A DNA stretch of 64,000 bases from Myxococcales bacterium (GTDB lineage Bacteria; Myxococcota; Myxococcia; Myxococcales; 40CM-4-68-19), in NCBI GenBank assembly GCA_035635635.1, contig DASQAS010000108.1:42843-106842 (forward strand). Reading direction: 5' to 3'. A program made the translations under genes and the position numbers. Under the pieces are notes generated by a model. That model was not told the DNA's origin. It worked only from the letters and a program-made list of their open reading frames with translations, and did no database searches. Positions 47,575 to 57,001 of this stretch are shown piece after piece (position 1 is the stretch's first letter; each line of letters starts with the position of its first letter).

Positions 47575-49004
47575 GGGCAGGTCCCCGCCAGCGCGCGGAG
47601 CTTCGCCTGCGAAGGACTGAGGAGTGGGACCTCGATCAGCGCGACCCGGCAGGCGCCGAAAACGGTGGTGGCGAGGCACGCCGAATTGCTGAATAGCGCG
47701 GCGGCGGGGCAGTCGATCTGCTTGACGAGGAATGGCGAGTCCCCCAACCGACCGACCTCCGCCACCACCTCGTCGGTGGTGGTGTCCACGATGACCACGC
47801 TGTTCTGCTTCTCGGCCACCACCGCGATCAGGTCGGGCGCGCCGGGGCGCGGGATGCGCGTCATGTCGGCGGGCGAGATGGGCAGCGGGATGACCTTGCG
47901 CACGCGCGGGAGGACGGAGGGACTGGTGGGAAGCTCGATCCGGACCAGCGTGTCGGGCAGCCGCATCGTCGCCCACAGCGTCTGGGGAGCCTTGGTCGCA
48001 GGGTCCGGGTCGCCGAGCATGAGCTGCACCGTGTAGATGCTGAGCACGTCGGAGCGGAGATCGATCAGCGTCGGATCGGTCGCATCCCTGGCGTCGACGC
48101 CGAGGATGCGCAGGTAGTTGGTGGAGATGCCCCCGCAGAGCGTGCTGCCGGGCTCTCCCGCGCCGAGCGCCGAGGAGCGCACGTAGCAGCCGGCGAGATA
48201 GAGCTGGCGCCGGACCCCGTCGAACACCATCGGGCCCACGCCGGTGCCGCCGCCCACGAATTGCGAGCCTGCCCGCATCGAGTAGAGCAGCGGAGAAGGC
48301 GCCGACGCGGCGAGCGCAAGCATGTCGACGACCGCCACATGAGTGCTGGAGGTGATCACGCCCGAGCTGATCGAATCGATGTGCGGAACGATCGAGGAGA
48401 TGAAGAACACGTCCTTCGGTGTGCTCTCGCCCGGCAGGAACGTGTTGCCGGCCACGACGGTGAACGGCCCGTCGACGCCCGCGTCCGGGAGGTCCAGGGT
48501 GCGGACGCCGTTGCGGCAGTCCTGGCTGCTCACGCCGCCCGAGTTCTCCGTGCAATGCAGCTTGCCGTTCGCGCCGATCGCGACCTCGTTCAGGCTCCCG
48601 TTGTCGCGCGAAGCGCTGTAGACGATGCCGGCGTCGGCGTTGAGGACGAGCGGGCCCGCGTAGCTGCCGATCATCGCGGCGCTGGTATCTCCGGGGATCG
48701 GCTGGGTGCAGTCCAAGGACGCGTCGGGGACGTCGCAATCGAGCGGGCCTGCGTCGGGCAGGAAGCGGCTGTCCAGATAGCTGCGCGTGAGGTTGACGAC
48801 CGTGCCGGTCTCGAACAAGCGGTCGAAGTTGCCGTTCGCGATCAAGAGACCTGCGTCCGGCCCCGGAGCTTGCACCAGCCCGGTGGGGAAGAAGAGGCGG
48901 GCGGGCTGCGGCCCTTCGGGACCGAACGGCGGCGGCAGGAACTGAGGCGGGGTCGTATTGCACGCCGCCAGGAGCGCCGCGATCGCCATCCCGCTCTTCT
49001 TCAT
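47571..49004 (-). CDS. Lipoprotein, paralogous N-terminus to the downstream lipoprotein (hypothetical)
   Basis: ATG at 49004. Lipobox 'IAALLAACNTT'. 'GLLIANGNFDRLFETGTVVNL'. Its stop overlaps the next start (ATGA at 47571-47574). Confidence 0.7.
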   Translation of the reverse strand: MKKSGMAIAALLAACNTTPPQFLPPPFGPEGPQPARLFFPTGLVQAPGPDAGLLIANGNFDRLFETGTVVNLTRSYLDSRFLPDAGPLDCDVPDASLDCTQPIPGDTSAAMIGSYAGPLVLNADAGIVYSASRDNGSLNEVAIGANGKLHCTENSGGVSSQDCRNGVRTLDLPDAGVDGPFTVVAGNTFLPGESTPKDVFFISSIVPHIDSISSGVITSSTHVAVVDMLALAASAPSPLLYSMRAGSQFVGGGTGVGPMVFDGVRRQLYLAGCYVRSSALGAGEPGSTLCGGISTNYLRILGVDARDATDPTLIDLRSDVLSIYTVQLMLGDPDPATKAPQTLWATMRLPDTLVRIELPTSPSVLPRVRKVIPLPISPADMTRIPRPGAPDLIAVVAEKQNSVVIVDTTTDEVVAEVGRLGDSPFLVKQIDCPAAALFSNSACLATTVFGACRVALIEVPLLSPSQAKLRALAGTCP

Positions 49005-49039
49005 GCGAGCGGCCTTCCTAGGGCCAGCTGCTCCGCCGG

Positions 49040-51127
49040 TCAAGCCGTTTTCTCGACCTGCAATCTGGAAAAATCCGCCAGCGGCGCGAAGAGCTCGTGC
49101 AAGGCGCGCAAGAGCGCCAGCCGGTTGTCGCGGAGGGCCGCGTCCGGGTCCATCACCATGACCTCGTCGAAGAAGCGATCGACCACAGGCCGCAGCTCGG
49201 CCAGCGTGGCATAGGCGGCGAGGTAGTCCTCCTTCTCGGTCAGCGCGGTGGAGACCCGCTCGCGGCTCTGCTCGAGCGCGGCCGCCAGCGCCTTCTCGGC
49301 AGGGGTCTTGCACAGGCTGGCGTGGAAGCCGACCGGCTTGATCCCCTTCTGCTGCGCCTGGAGGAGGATGTTCCCGATGCGCTTGAAGGCCGCCGCGGTC
49401 GCCTCGAATTGAGCGCGGCTCTTCTCCCGCACGGTCTGCAGCGCGTTGAGCCGCTTCTCCAGCGCGATCAGGTCGCGCGCGCCGGTGTGGAGCACCGCCT
49501 GGATCGAGTCGGGCTGGCCTTTCTCGCGGAGCAGCACCTCCAGCCGGCCCAGCAAGAATTGCCAGACGCGCTCGCGCACGGCGGGGTCGTCCTTGCGGTG
49601 GAGCTTCTGCGCCGCCTGCAGGGCCTCCTCCACGTCGAACCGGTACCCGCGGGCCAGCGTCACGCGCAAGAGCCCGAGGGCGGCGCGGCGCAGCCCGAAT
49701 GGATCGGCGGTGCCGGTGGGCTCCTTGCCCAGGCCGAAGAGGCCGGTGAGGAGGTCGAGCCGGTCGGCCATGCCGAGCAGGGCGCCGATGTCGCCCGACG
49801 GCAGCCGGTCCTCCGCGCCGCGCGGCAGGTAGTGCTCGAAGATGGCGTCGGCGACGGGGGGAGCGACGCCTTCCTGCAGCGCGTAGACGCGACCCATGGT
49901 TCCCTGCAGCTCGGGGAACTCGCCCACCATCCCGGTGGTGAGGTCCGCCTTGCACAGCTCCGCGGCGTCGGCGAGCTGCCGCGGCTCGCCGCGGCCGGTG
50001 GCGCCGTGCAGCCAGAGCGCCAGCTCGCGCAGGCGCTGCACGCGCTCAAGCTCGCTCCCCAGTCCCTGCAGGAACGTGCGGCGGCCCAGCTTCTCCAGCC
50101 TGGACCGCAGCGGCACCTTGCGGTCCTCGTCGAAGAAGAACTTCCCGTCGGAGAGCCGCGCCCGCAGCACCCGCTCGTATCCCTTGCGGCTCACCCCCGG
50201 ATCGCGCACCTTGGTGTTCGAGACTGCGACGAAGGCCGGGAGCAACTCGCCCTTGTCGGTCTGGACGGCGAAGTACTTCTGGTGCCCGCGCATCTCCGAG
50301 ACCAGCACCTCCGGAGGGAGCTGCAAGAACTCCTTCTCGAAATAGCCGGCGACGGCGAAGGGCTCCTCGACCAGACCCGTGACGGTCTCCAGCAGCTCCG
50401 GGTCGGGCCTCGGGACGCCGCCCGCCTCGCGCGCCGCGCGCGCGACCTCCTCCGAGATGCGCCTGCTGCGCTCCGCCCAGTCGGCCAGCACGTGCAGCTT
50501 GCGCAAGGTCGGGAGGTATTCCCGGGCGGCCGGGACGGGGATCTCTTGTGGAGCCGCGAACCGGTGGCCCCTGGTCTTCGGCGCGCTGGTCACGTCTGCG
50601 AACTTCACCGAGAGCGGCTTGCCGTCGAGCGTCGCCGCGATCCAGTGGACGGGCCGGGCGAAAGCGTCGGTCTGAAGCCAGTCCCAGCGCATCGACTTCC
50701 TGAAGGGGATGCCGCGGACGATCTGCTCGAGGATGGGCGGCAGCGCTTCCAGTGCGGTCTGCCCCCGCAGGTTCTGCTCGACCACCACCCGGTCGCCCTC
50801 GACCTTCAGCGCGTCGGGCGAGACGCCGGCCTTGCGCGCGAAGCCCTCCGCGGCCTTGGTCCACTTGCCGTCCTGCAAGGCCTGCTTCGCCGGCGGACCC
50901 GACAGCTTGCGCCGCAGGTCGGGCGCCCTCTCGGCGATGGCGGTGACCACCAGCGTGAGCCGGCGCGGGGTGGCGTAGGTGGCGATGTTCGCGCGCTGTC
51001 CTTCACCCTCGCCGTTCAGGCGCGCGTCGTCCAGCGCCTTGTCCATCTGCGCCGCCATCCATTCCACGGCGGGCTGCTGGAAGCTCGCGGGCAGCTCCTC
51101 GGTGCCGATCTCGAACAGCAGATCCAT
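49040..51127 (-). CDS. glyS: Glycine--tRNA ligase beta subunit
   Basis: 'MDLLFEIGTEELPASF' start at 51127, with a single nt between the glyQ stop and this ATG. Length and C-terminal anticodon-binding region are typical. Confidence 0.95.
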   Translation of the reverse strand: MDLLFEIGTEELPASFQQPAVEWMAAQMDKALDDARLNGEGEGQRANIATYATPRRLTLVVTAIAERAPDLRRKLSGPPAKQALQDGKWTKAAEGFARKAGVSPDALKVEGDRVVVEQNLRGQTALEALPPILEQIVRGIPFRKSMRWDWLQTDAFARPVHWIAATLDGKPLSVKFADVTSAPKTRGHRFAAPQEIPVPAAREYLPTLRKLHVLADWAERSRRISEEVARAAREAGGVPRPDPELLETVTGLVEEPFAVAGYFEKEFLQLPPEVLVSEMRGHQKYFAVQTDKGELLPAFVAVSNTKVRDPGVSRKGYERVLRARLSDGKFFFDEDRKVPLRSRLEKLGRRTFLQGLGSELERVQRLRELALWLHGATGRGEPRQLADAAELCKADLTTGMVGEFPELQGTMGRVYALQEGVAPPVADAIFEHYLPRGAEDRLPSGDIGALLGMADRLDLLTGLFGLGKEPTGTADPFGLRRAALGLLRVTLARGYRFDVEEALQAAQKLHRKDDPAVRERVWQFLLGRLEVLLREKGQPDSIQAVLHTGARDLIALEKRLNALQTVREKSRAQFEATAAAFKRIGNILLQAQQKGIKPVGFHASLCKTPAEKALAAALEQSRERVSTALTEKEDYLAAYATLAELRPVVDRFFDEVMVMDPDAALRDNRLALLRALHELFAPLADFSRLQVEKTA

Positions 51128-51128
51128 C

Positions 51129-52085
<957 letters not shown>

Positions 52086-52244
52086 CGGGCGCCCGAACGT
52101 AGACGCAGTGCGGCGGTTGCGCAAGCGCGAGCTTGCAGGAGTGGGAGGTTCCGGTTCTACTCGGAGCGCAACGCGACCATCGGGTCGACGCGCGTGGCTT
52201 TGAGCGCTGGCAGGAGCGTGGCCAGCGCGGCCGCCCCGACTCCC

Positions 52245-52772
52245 TTACTTCTTCTTCGTCACCGGCGGCGCCAGGAACGACACGTTGTCCGCCCCCGACC
52301 CGGCGGGCTCCGCCGGCTGCGGTTCTCCCCGCAGGTTGTCCAGCAACGACTTGTGCGACTCGAGCAGCGACTGCAGCTGCTGCATGAACGAGCTCCGCGC
52401 GCGCTTCAGCTCCTCGATCTCCCCGACCAGCGCCATCCGCCGCGCCTGCGCGTTCGCGATGATCTTCTCTCCCTGCAGCTCCGCGTCGGAGAGGATGATG
52501 TCCGCCTCCTTGCGCGCGTTGGCCCGCATCTCCTCGGCCACCTTCTGCGTGGTGGTCAGCGTTTGTTGCAAGAGTTGCTCCCGATCCTTGAAATCGTTGA
52601 TCCGCGCCTCGCGTCGCCGGAGCTCCTCGTCCTGCCGGTTGATCTTGCGGACCAATTCCTCCAGCTGCGCGGCGACCATGTCGAGGTAGGAGCGCACCTC
52701 GCGGTCGTCCAAGCCTCCGAGCGTGACCTTGCGGAAGGTCTTCTGCTGCAGGTCGAGGGGTGTGAGCCTCAT
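52245..52772 (-). CDS. DivIVA-domain protein
   Basis: 'MRLTPLDLQQKTFRKVTLGGLDDREVRSYLDMVAAQLEEL' is the canonical DivIVA N-terminus, followed by coiled coil. Confidence 0.85.
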   Translation of the reverse strand: MRLTPLDLQQKTFRKVTLGGLDDREVRSYLDMVAAQLEELVRKINRQDEELRRREARINDFKDREQLLQQTLTTTQKVAEEMRANARKEADIILSDAELQGEKIIANAQARRMALVGEIEELKRARSSFMQQLQSLLESHKSLLDNLRGEPQPAEPAGSGADNVSFLAPPVTKKK

Positions 52773-53884
52773 GGGTCGGAGGGTACAACCTCGGTCAAGG
52801 TTCCGGACCGCTCGGGATCACGGCCGTCCGGCCCTGGGCTCACCGCAGCGAAGACGCCGCCGCGGCGTTCCGCCTTCACCCGGTACATCGACTCGTCGGC
52901 GCGGCGGATCAGGTTGTCGGGATCGCGGGCGTCGTCGGGGAACGCGGCCACGCCCAGGCTGGCGGTCAGCCGCACCGGGCCGAACGGCTTGTCGGCCAGG
53001 AAGGGCTGACGCGCGATCTCGCCGCCGATCCGGCGCGCGGCGGCCACCGCCTGGTCCTTGCTGGTCTCCGGCATCAGGATCACGAACTCGTCGCCGCCGT
53101 AGCGGACCGGCACGTCGGTCGAGCGCAGCGTCTTGAGCAGCAGCCGGCCGATCTCGTGGAGCACCTGCGATCCCGCCTGGTGGCCGTGCGTGTCGTTCAC
53201 CTTCTTGAAGTGGTCGAGGTCGAAGAAGATCACCGACACCGGGTGCCCGAAGCGCGTGGCGCGGACCACCTCCTGCTCCAGCGAGCGCTTCAAATGCCGC
53301 GAGTTGAAGAGCCCCGTGTGATCGTCGAGGACGGTCAGCTCCTGCACCTTGTGGAAGTTGCGCGCGTTCTCGATGGCGATGGCGCTGAACTCGGCCACCG
53401 TCCCGAGGATCCTGAGATCCTCCTCCTGGAACGCGCCGTCGTTGGGGCCGTTCACCAGCTCGATCACGCCGAGGGTGAGGTCCTTGAAGGTCAACGGAAC
53501 GCAGAGGATCGACTTGGTGTGGAAGCGCGAAGCCTTGTCGAAGCGGCTGGCGAAGCGCGGGTCGGCGTGCACGTTCTTCACCAGGAGGGGCTGGTTGTTC
53601 TGCGAGACCCAGCCGGCGATCCCTTCGCCCGGCTGCAGCCGCATGCCCAGCAGCCGATCCGAGCCGGCGCCCACCGCCGCGTGGAAGTAGAGCTCTCCGG
53701 TGGCCTGATCCTTGAGGAGCAGCGACCAGTTGCTGGGCTTGAGCAGCTCGCTGACCTTGGCGAGGATGACGTGCATCACCTCGCCGATGTCCAAAGACGA
53801 GGTCAGGGCCTTCCCGATCTCGTTGAGGACGGCGAGCTCGTCGACGGTGCGCTGCAGCTCCCGGAGGAGATCCTTCCCCCTCAT
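52769..53884 (-). CDS. GAF-GGDEF diguanylate cyclase
   Basis: ATG at 53884. GAF ('GEGIAGWVSQNNQPLLVKNV'). GGDEF with 'RYGGDEF' and an RxxD I-site ('RSTD'). Its stop overlaps the DivIVA start (ATGA). Confidence 0.85.
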   Translation of the reverse strand: MRGKDLLRELQRTVDELAVLNEIGKALTSSLDIGEVMHVILAKVSELLKPSNWSLLLKDQATGELYFHAAVGAGSDRLLGMRLQPGEGIAGWVSQNNQPLLVKNVHADPRFASRFDKASRFHTKSILCVPLTFKDLTLGVIELVNGPNDGAFQEEDLRILGTVAEFSAIAIENARNFHKVQELTVLDDHTGLFNSRHLKRSLEQEVVRATRFGHPVSVIFFDLDHFKKVNDTHGHQAGSQVLHEIGRLLLKTLRSTDVPVRYGGDEFVILMPETSKDQAVAAARRIGGEIARQPFLADKPFGPVRLTASLGVAAFPDDARDPDNLIRRADESMYRVKAERRGGVFAAVSPGPDGRDPERSGTLTEVVPSDP

Positions 53885-53940
53885 TTCGCAGAGTGTACGT
53901 GAGGTTGTCGCGACGCGCCAAATCCTGTAGAGGCGGCGCG

Positions 53941-54498
53941 ATGAAGCTTCTTCTCTGCTCCGCGTCGCCGCGCCGGCGCGAATTTCTCGAGCGGATCGGG
54001 GTGCGTTTTGCTGCTGCCCCCGCCCACATCGACGAGGGTCGCAGGCCCGGGGAACGTCCACTCGACTACGTGCGCAGGATGGCCCGCGAGAAGGCCGAGG
54101 CGTGTGGGCGCAGCGGCCACGTGGCCCTCGCGGCGGACACGGTGGTGGTGGTGGGAGATGAGGTCCTGGGCAAGCCGCGCGATCGCGAGGATGCCGCCCG
54201 GATGCTGCGGACGTTGTCCGGCATCGAGCATCGCGTGATCACGGCGGTGTGCGTGCCGCCGGAGATCCAGGCCGTGGAGACGACCGTGAAGTTCGCCCCG
54301 CTCTCCGAAGCGCAAATCCGCTGGCTCTCGGATTCCGGCGACGGGGACGACAAGGCGGGCGCATACGCCGTGCAGGGCCTCGCCGGCGCGTTCGTGGAGC
54401 GCATCGACGGAAGCTTCACCAACGTGGTGGGGCTCCCGATGGTCGAGACGCTGCAGATGCTCGCCCGGGCGGGCGTGGAGCTGCCGTGGGCGACGTAG
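53941..54498 (+). CDS. maf: Maf-family nucleoside-triphosphate pyrophosphatase
   Basis: 'LLLCSASPRRREFL', 'VLGKPRD' and 'DKAGAYAVQG'. ATG at 53941. Confidence 0.9.
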   Translation: MKLLLCSASPRRREFLERIGVRFAAAPAHIDEGRRPGERPLDYVRRMAREKAEACGRSGHVALAADTVVVVGDEVLGKPRDREDAARMLRTLSGIEHRVITAVCVPPEIQAVETTVKFAPLSEAQIRWLSDSGDGDDKAGAYAVQGLAGAFVERIDGSFTNVVGLPMVETLQMLARAGVELPWAT

Positions 54499-55142
54499 CC
54501 GAAGGGCTCGCGCGCGTCCGGGAACGCATCGCTGCAGCCTGCGCGAGGTCGGGCCGCGACCCTTCATCGGTCCACCTGGTCGCGGTGAGCAAGACCAAGC
54601 CGGTGGAGATGCTGCGCGAGGCGCAGGCGGCGGGCCAGCGCATCTTCGCAGAGAACTACGCGCAGGAGCTGCGAGAGAAGGCCGACGCGCTGGCCGGCGT
54701 GGAGTGGCACTTCATCGGAGCGCTGCAGACGAACAAGGCGAAGCTGGTGGTCGGGCGCGCGGCGTTGATCCACACCTGCGACCGGCTGGCGCTCGCCCAG
54801 GAGCTGTCGAAACGGGCGAAGGCGGCGGGGATCACGCAGCGGGTGCTGATCGAGGTGAACGTCGGGCGCGAGGCGCAGAAGGCGGGAGTGCTCCCGGAGG
54901 ACGTGCCGGAGCTGCTGGCCCAGGTGCGCGCCCTCCCCGCGCTCGCCGGCGAGGGCCTGATGTGCATCCCTCCGGCAGAAGGGGACCGGCGGCCCCATTT
55001 TCGATCGCTGCAGAGCCTTGGGCAGGCGTTGGGCCTGCCCGAGCTGTCCATGGGCATGACGGCTGATTTCGAGATCGCCATCGAGGAAGGGGCCACGCTG
55101 GTGCGCGTGGGCACGGCCATCTTCGGAGAGCGCAACCCATGA
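54486..55142 (+). CDS. yggS: YggS-family pyridoxal-phosphate homeostasis protein
   Basis: 'LVAVSKTKP', 'HFIGALQTNKA' and 'LSMGMTADFEIAIEEGATLVRVGTAIFG'. GTG at 54486 overlaps the maf 3' end by 13 nt. Confidence 0.85.
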   Translation: MGDVAEGLARVRERIAAACARSGRDPSSVHLVAVSKTKPVEMLREAQAAGQRIFAENYAQELREKADALAGVEWHFIGALQTNKAKLVVGRAALIHTCDRLALAQELSKRAKAAGITQRVLIEVNVGREAQKAGVLPEDVPELLAQVRALPALAGEGLMCIPPAEGDRRPHFRSLQSLGQALGLPELSMGMTADFEIAIEEGATLVRVGTAIFGERNP

Positions 55143-55190
55143 ACGGCTGTTCCGCGCGCTGAAGCGCGCGGTGCTAATGTAGGCCGCGCC

Positions 55191-56909
55191 ATGGCAGCCT
55201 TCGTCGACGAAAAGCTCAAGGCCTCGATCCGTTCCTTCAACGACCGCGGTCAGCTGGCCCAAGACCCGCTTGCCGCGCGCTACGCGGATCGCCGCGCCGG
55301 GTACTCGCTGTTCTCGCGCATGCTCGCCGACCAGGACATCGAGGCGCTGCGCCCGTACATCTTCTGCTACGGCGAGCTGCCGCCGAAACGGAAGCTGATC
55401 ATCCGCAACTTCATCGCCGGCGAGTGGAGGGCGCCCGCGTCCGGCGAGCACGCAACCATGACCTGCCCGGCCGACAAGCGGGTGCAGCTCTTCGACGTGC
55501 CGGCGTCGGGAAAGCAGGATGTGGAGGCGGCGGTCGCCTACGGCGACCAGGTCTGGAAGTCGCTGGCCTGGGCGGAGGAGGGCCTCGCGTACCGCAAGTA
55601 CGTGGTGCAGAACGTCTCGCGCATCCTCGCCTACTACACCGAGGAGTTCCTGCACGAGATCCGCCAGCAGATCCCCAAGACGAAGCTGGAGGCGGAGAAG
55701 GACTTCTTCGAGGCCAAGCGCGCCTGCGATCACCTCGAGGGAGGCGCCGAGTCGGCCATCCAGGGCGAGATGGTGCCGGACATGGTGGCCGGACAGCGCT
55801 TCTGGCGCGACGCGTGGATGCCCGGTGGCCTCTCCGCGATCATCACTCCGATGAACTTCATCTGGGGCATCCCGATGATCCACCTGGCAGGGGCGTACCT
55901 GATCGGCTGCCCGTGGATCCTCAAGGGGCATCCGTTCTCCGCCGCCACCAACACCTCGATGGTGCGCTGCTTCCTCGCCGCCGGAGCGGACCCGCGGTTC
56001 ATCCAGAAGGTGGAGGGCTTCGGAAAGGGCATCGCCCCGCTGGCCACCGACCGCCGGGTGGCCATCGTCGCCGTCACCGGCTCGTCGGAAACCGCGCGCT
56101 CGATCTCCGCGGGCCGGGGCCTCAACCGCACCCGTTTCGAGGGCGGTGGCTGCAACTGGTCGTGGGTGGACGACGGATACGACGACGCCGAGCTGGCGCG
56201 CATCGCCGAGCGCCTCACCTACGCGAAGCTCGGGCTCTCCTCGCACAAGTGCACCGGCCTGCACGGCGTCTCCGGATCCCGCGCCACTCTCGACCGCCTG
56301 GTCCCGCTGATCGCGGCCGAGATGGATCGCTGGCAGGTGGCCGATCCCCGCGCGGCGGACGCGTCCGACAAGACCCTGGGTCCGCTGATGGTGCACAAGG
56401 CGCAGACTGCTCTCGACCTGGTCGCCGAGGCGCGAAAGGCCGGGCTGAAGATCGTCCGCGAAGGGGGCCGCGCCGCCGGCGAGTACGGCGCCAACGCGGA
56501 GGCGGTGAAGCCCGCGCTGATCGACGGCGTCACACCGCAGACCACGCTGCGGCACGACTGGGACGGCAAGGGCGTACGCGACTACAAGCTCGCGACCACC
56601 GAGCTGTTCATGCCCGCCCTGGTGGCGATGCCGCTGCCCGGCTTCGAGGACTTCGTGAAGTTCTCGCTGTTCGAGAACCCGCACGATCTCGCCACCAGCA
56701 TCTGGACCCGCGACGACCGCAAGCTGACGCGGGCGCACCGCACCCTGGCCGGCATGCTGAAGGAGAACGACGGCACCGATTCCGCGCTGGAGTGGGAGGA
56801 GTTCGGCGCCTCGACCCTCGGCGAGAGCGGCAACATGGGCGTCGGCGAGATCCGGGCGACCCTGTCGATCTACGCGCGGCGCCAGAAGGGTCGCCATTTC
56901 GTCTTCTAG
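55191..56909 (+). CDS. Divergent aldehyde dehydrogenase family protein
   Basis: 572 aa with the ALDH layout. The catalytic Glu context is 'FEGGGCNW' (E-x-GG-x-N) and the Cys context is 'SSHKCTGL'. There is an about 90-aa N-terminal extension. Substrate is not assignable from sequence. Confidence 0.7.
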   Translation: MAAFVDEKLKASIRSFNDRGQLAQDPLAARYADRRAGYSLFSRMLADQDIEALRPYIFCYGELPPKRKLIIRNFIAGEWRAPASGEHATMTCPADKRVQLFDVPASGKQDVEAAVAYGDQVWKSLAWAEEGLAYRKYVVQNVSRILAYYTEEFLHEIRQQIPKTKLEAEKDFFEAKRACDHLEGGAESAIQGEMVPDMVAGQRFWRDAWMPGGLSAIITPMNFIWGIPMIHLAGAYLIGCPWILKGHPFSAATNTSMVRCFLAAGADPRFIQKVEGFGKGIAPLATDRRVAIVAVTGSSETARSISAGRGLNRTRFEGGGCNWSWVDDGYDDAELARIAERLTYAKLGLSSHKCTGLHGVSGSRATLDRLVPLIAAEMDRWQVADPRAADASDKTLGPLMVHKAQTALDLVAEARKAGLKIVREGGRAAGEYGANAEAVKPALIDGVTPQTTLRHDWDGKGVRDYKLATTELFMPALVAMPLPGFEDFVKFSLFENPHDLATSIWTRDDRKLTRAHRTLAGMLKENDGTDSALEWEEFGASTLGESGNMGVGEIRATLSIYARRQKGRHFVF

Positions 56910-56962
56910 CCGCTGCGGCCGAAGGCCGCTTTGCGGCTACGCTCTTGCGACTGCGCTTTGAG
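56907..56962 (+). repeat. REP-like composite hairpin element, copy 3
   Basis: TAGCCGC-T-GCGGCC-GAA-GGCCGC-TTT-GCGGCTA followed by CGCTCTTGCGACTGCGC. The first three nt are the ALDH stop codon. Confidence 0.8.
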
Positions 56963-57001
56963 TACGATCAACGCCGCAGTTTGAGCTATGAGAACCCTCC
57001 T

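Noticed and set aside
45277-49955. Track ORFs of 1228 aa (45277..48963) and 794 aa (47571..49955) taken at face value.
   Set aside because: Their N-terminal parts are Arg-rich shadow sequence overlapping the upstream genes. Internal ATGs at 47574 and 49004 give clean lipoprotein signal peptides and an ATGA coupling, so the shorter models were adopted.
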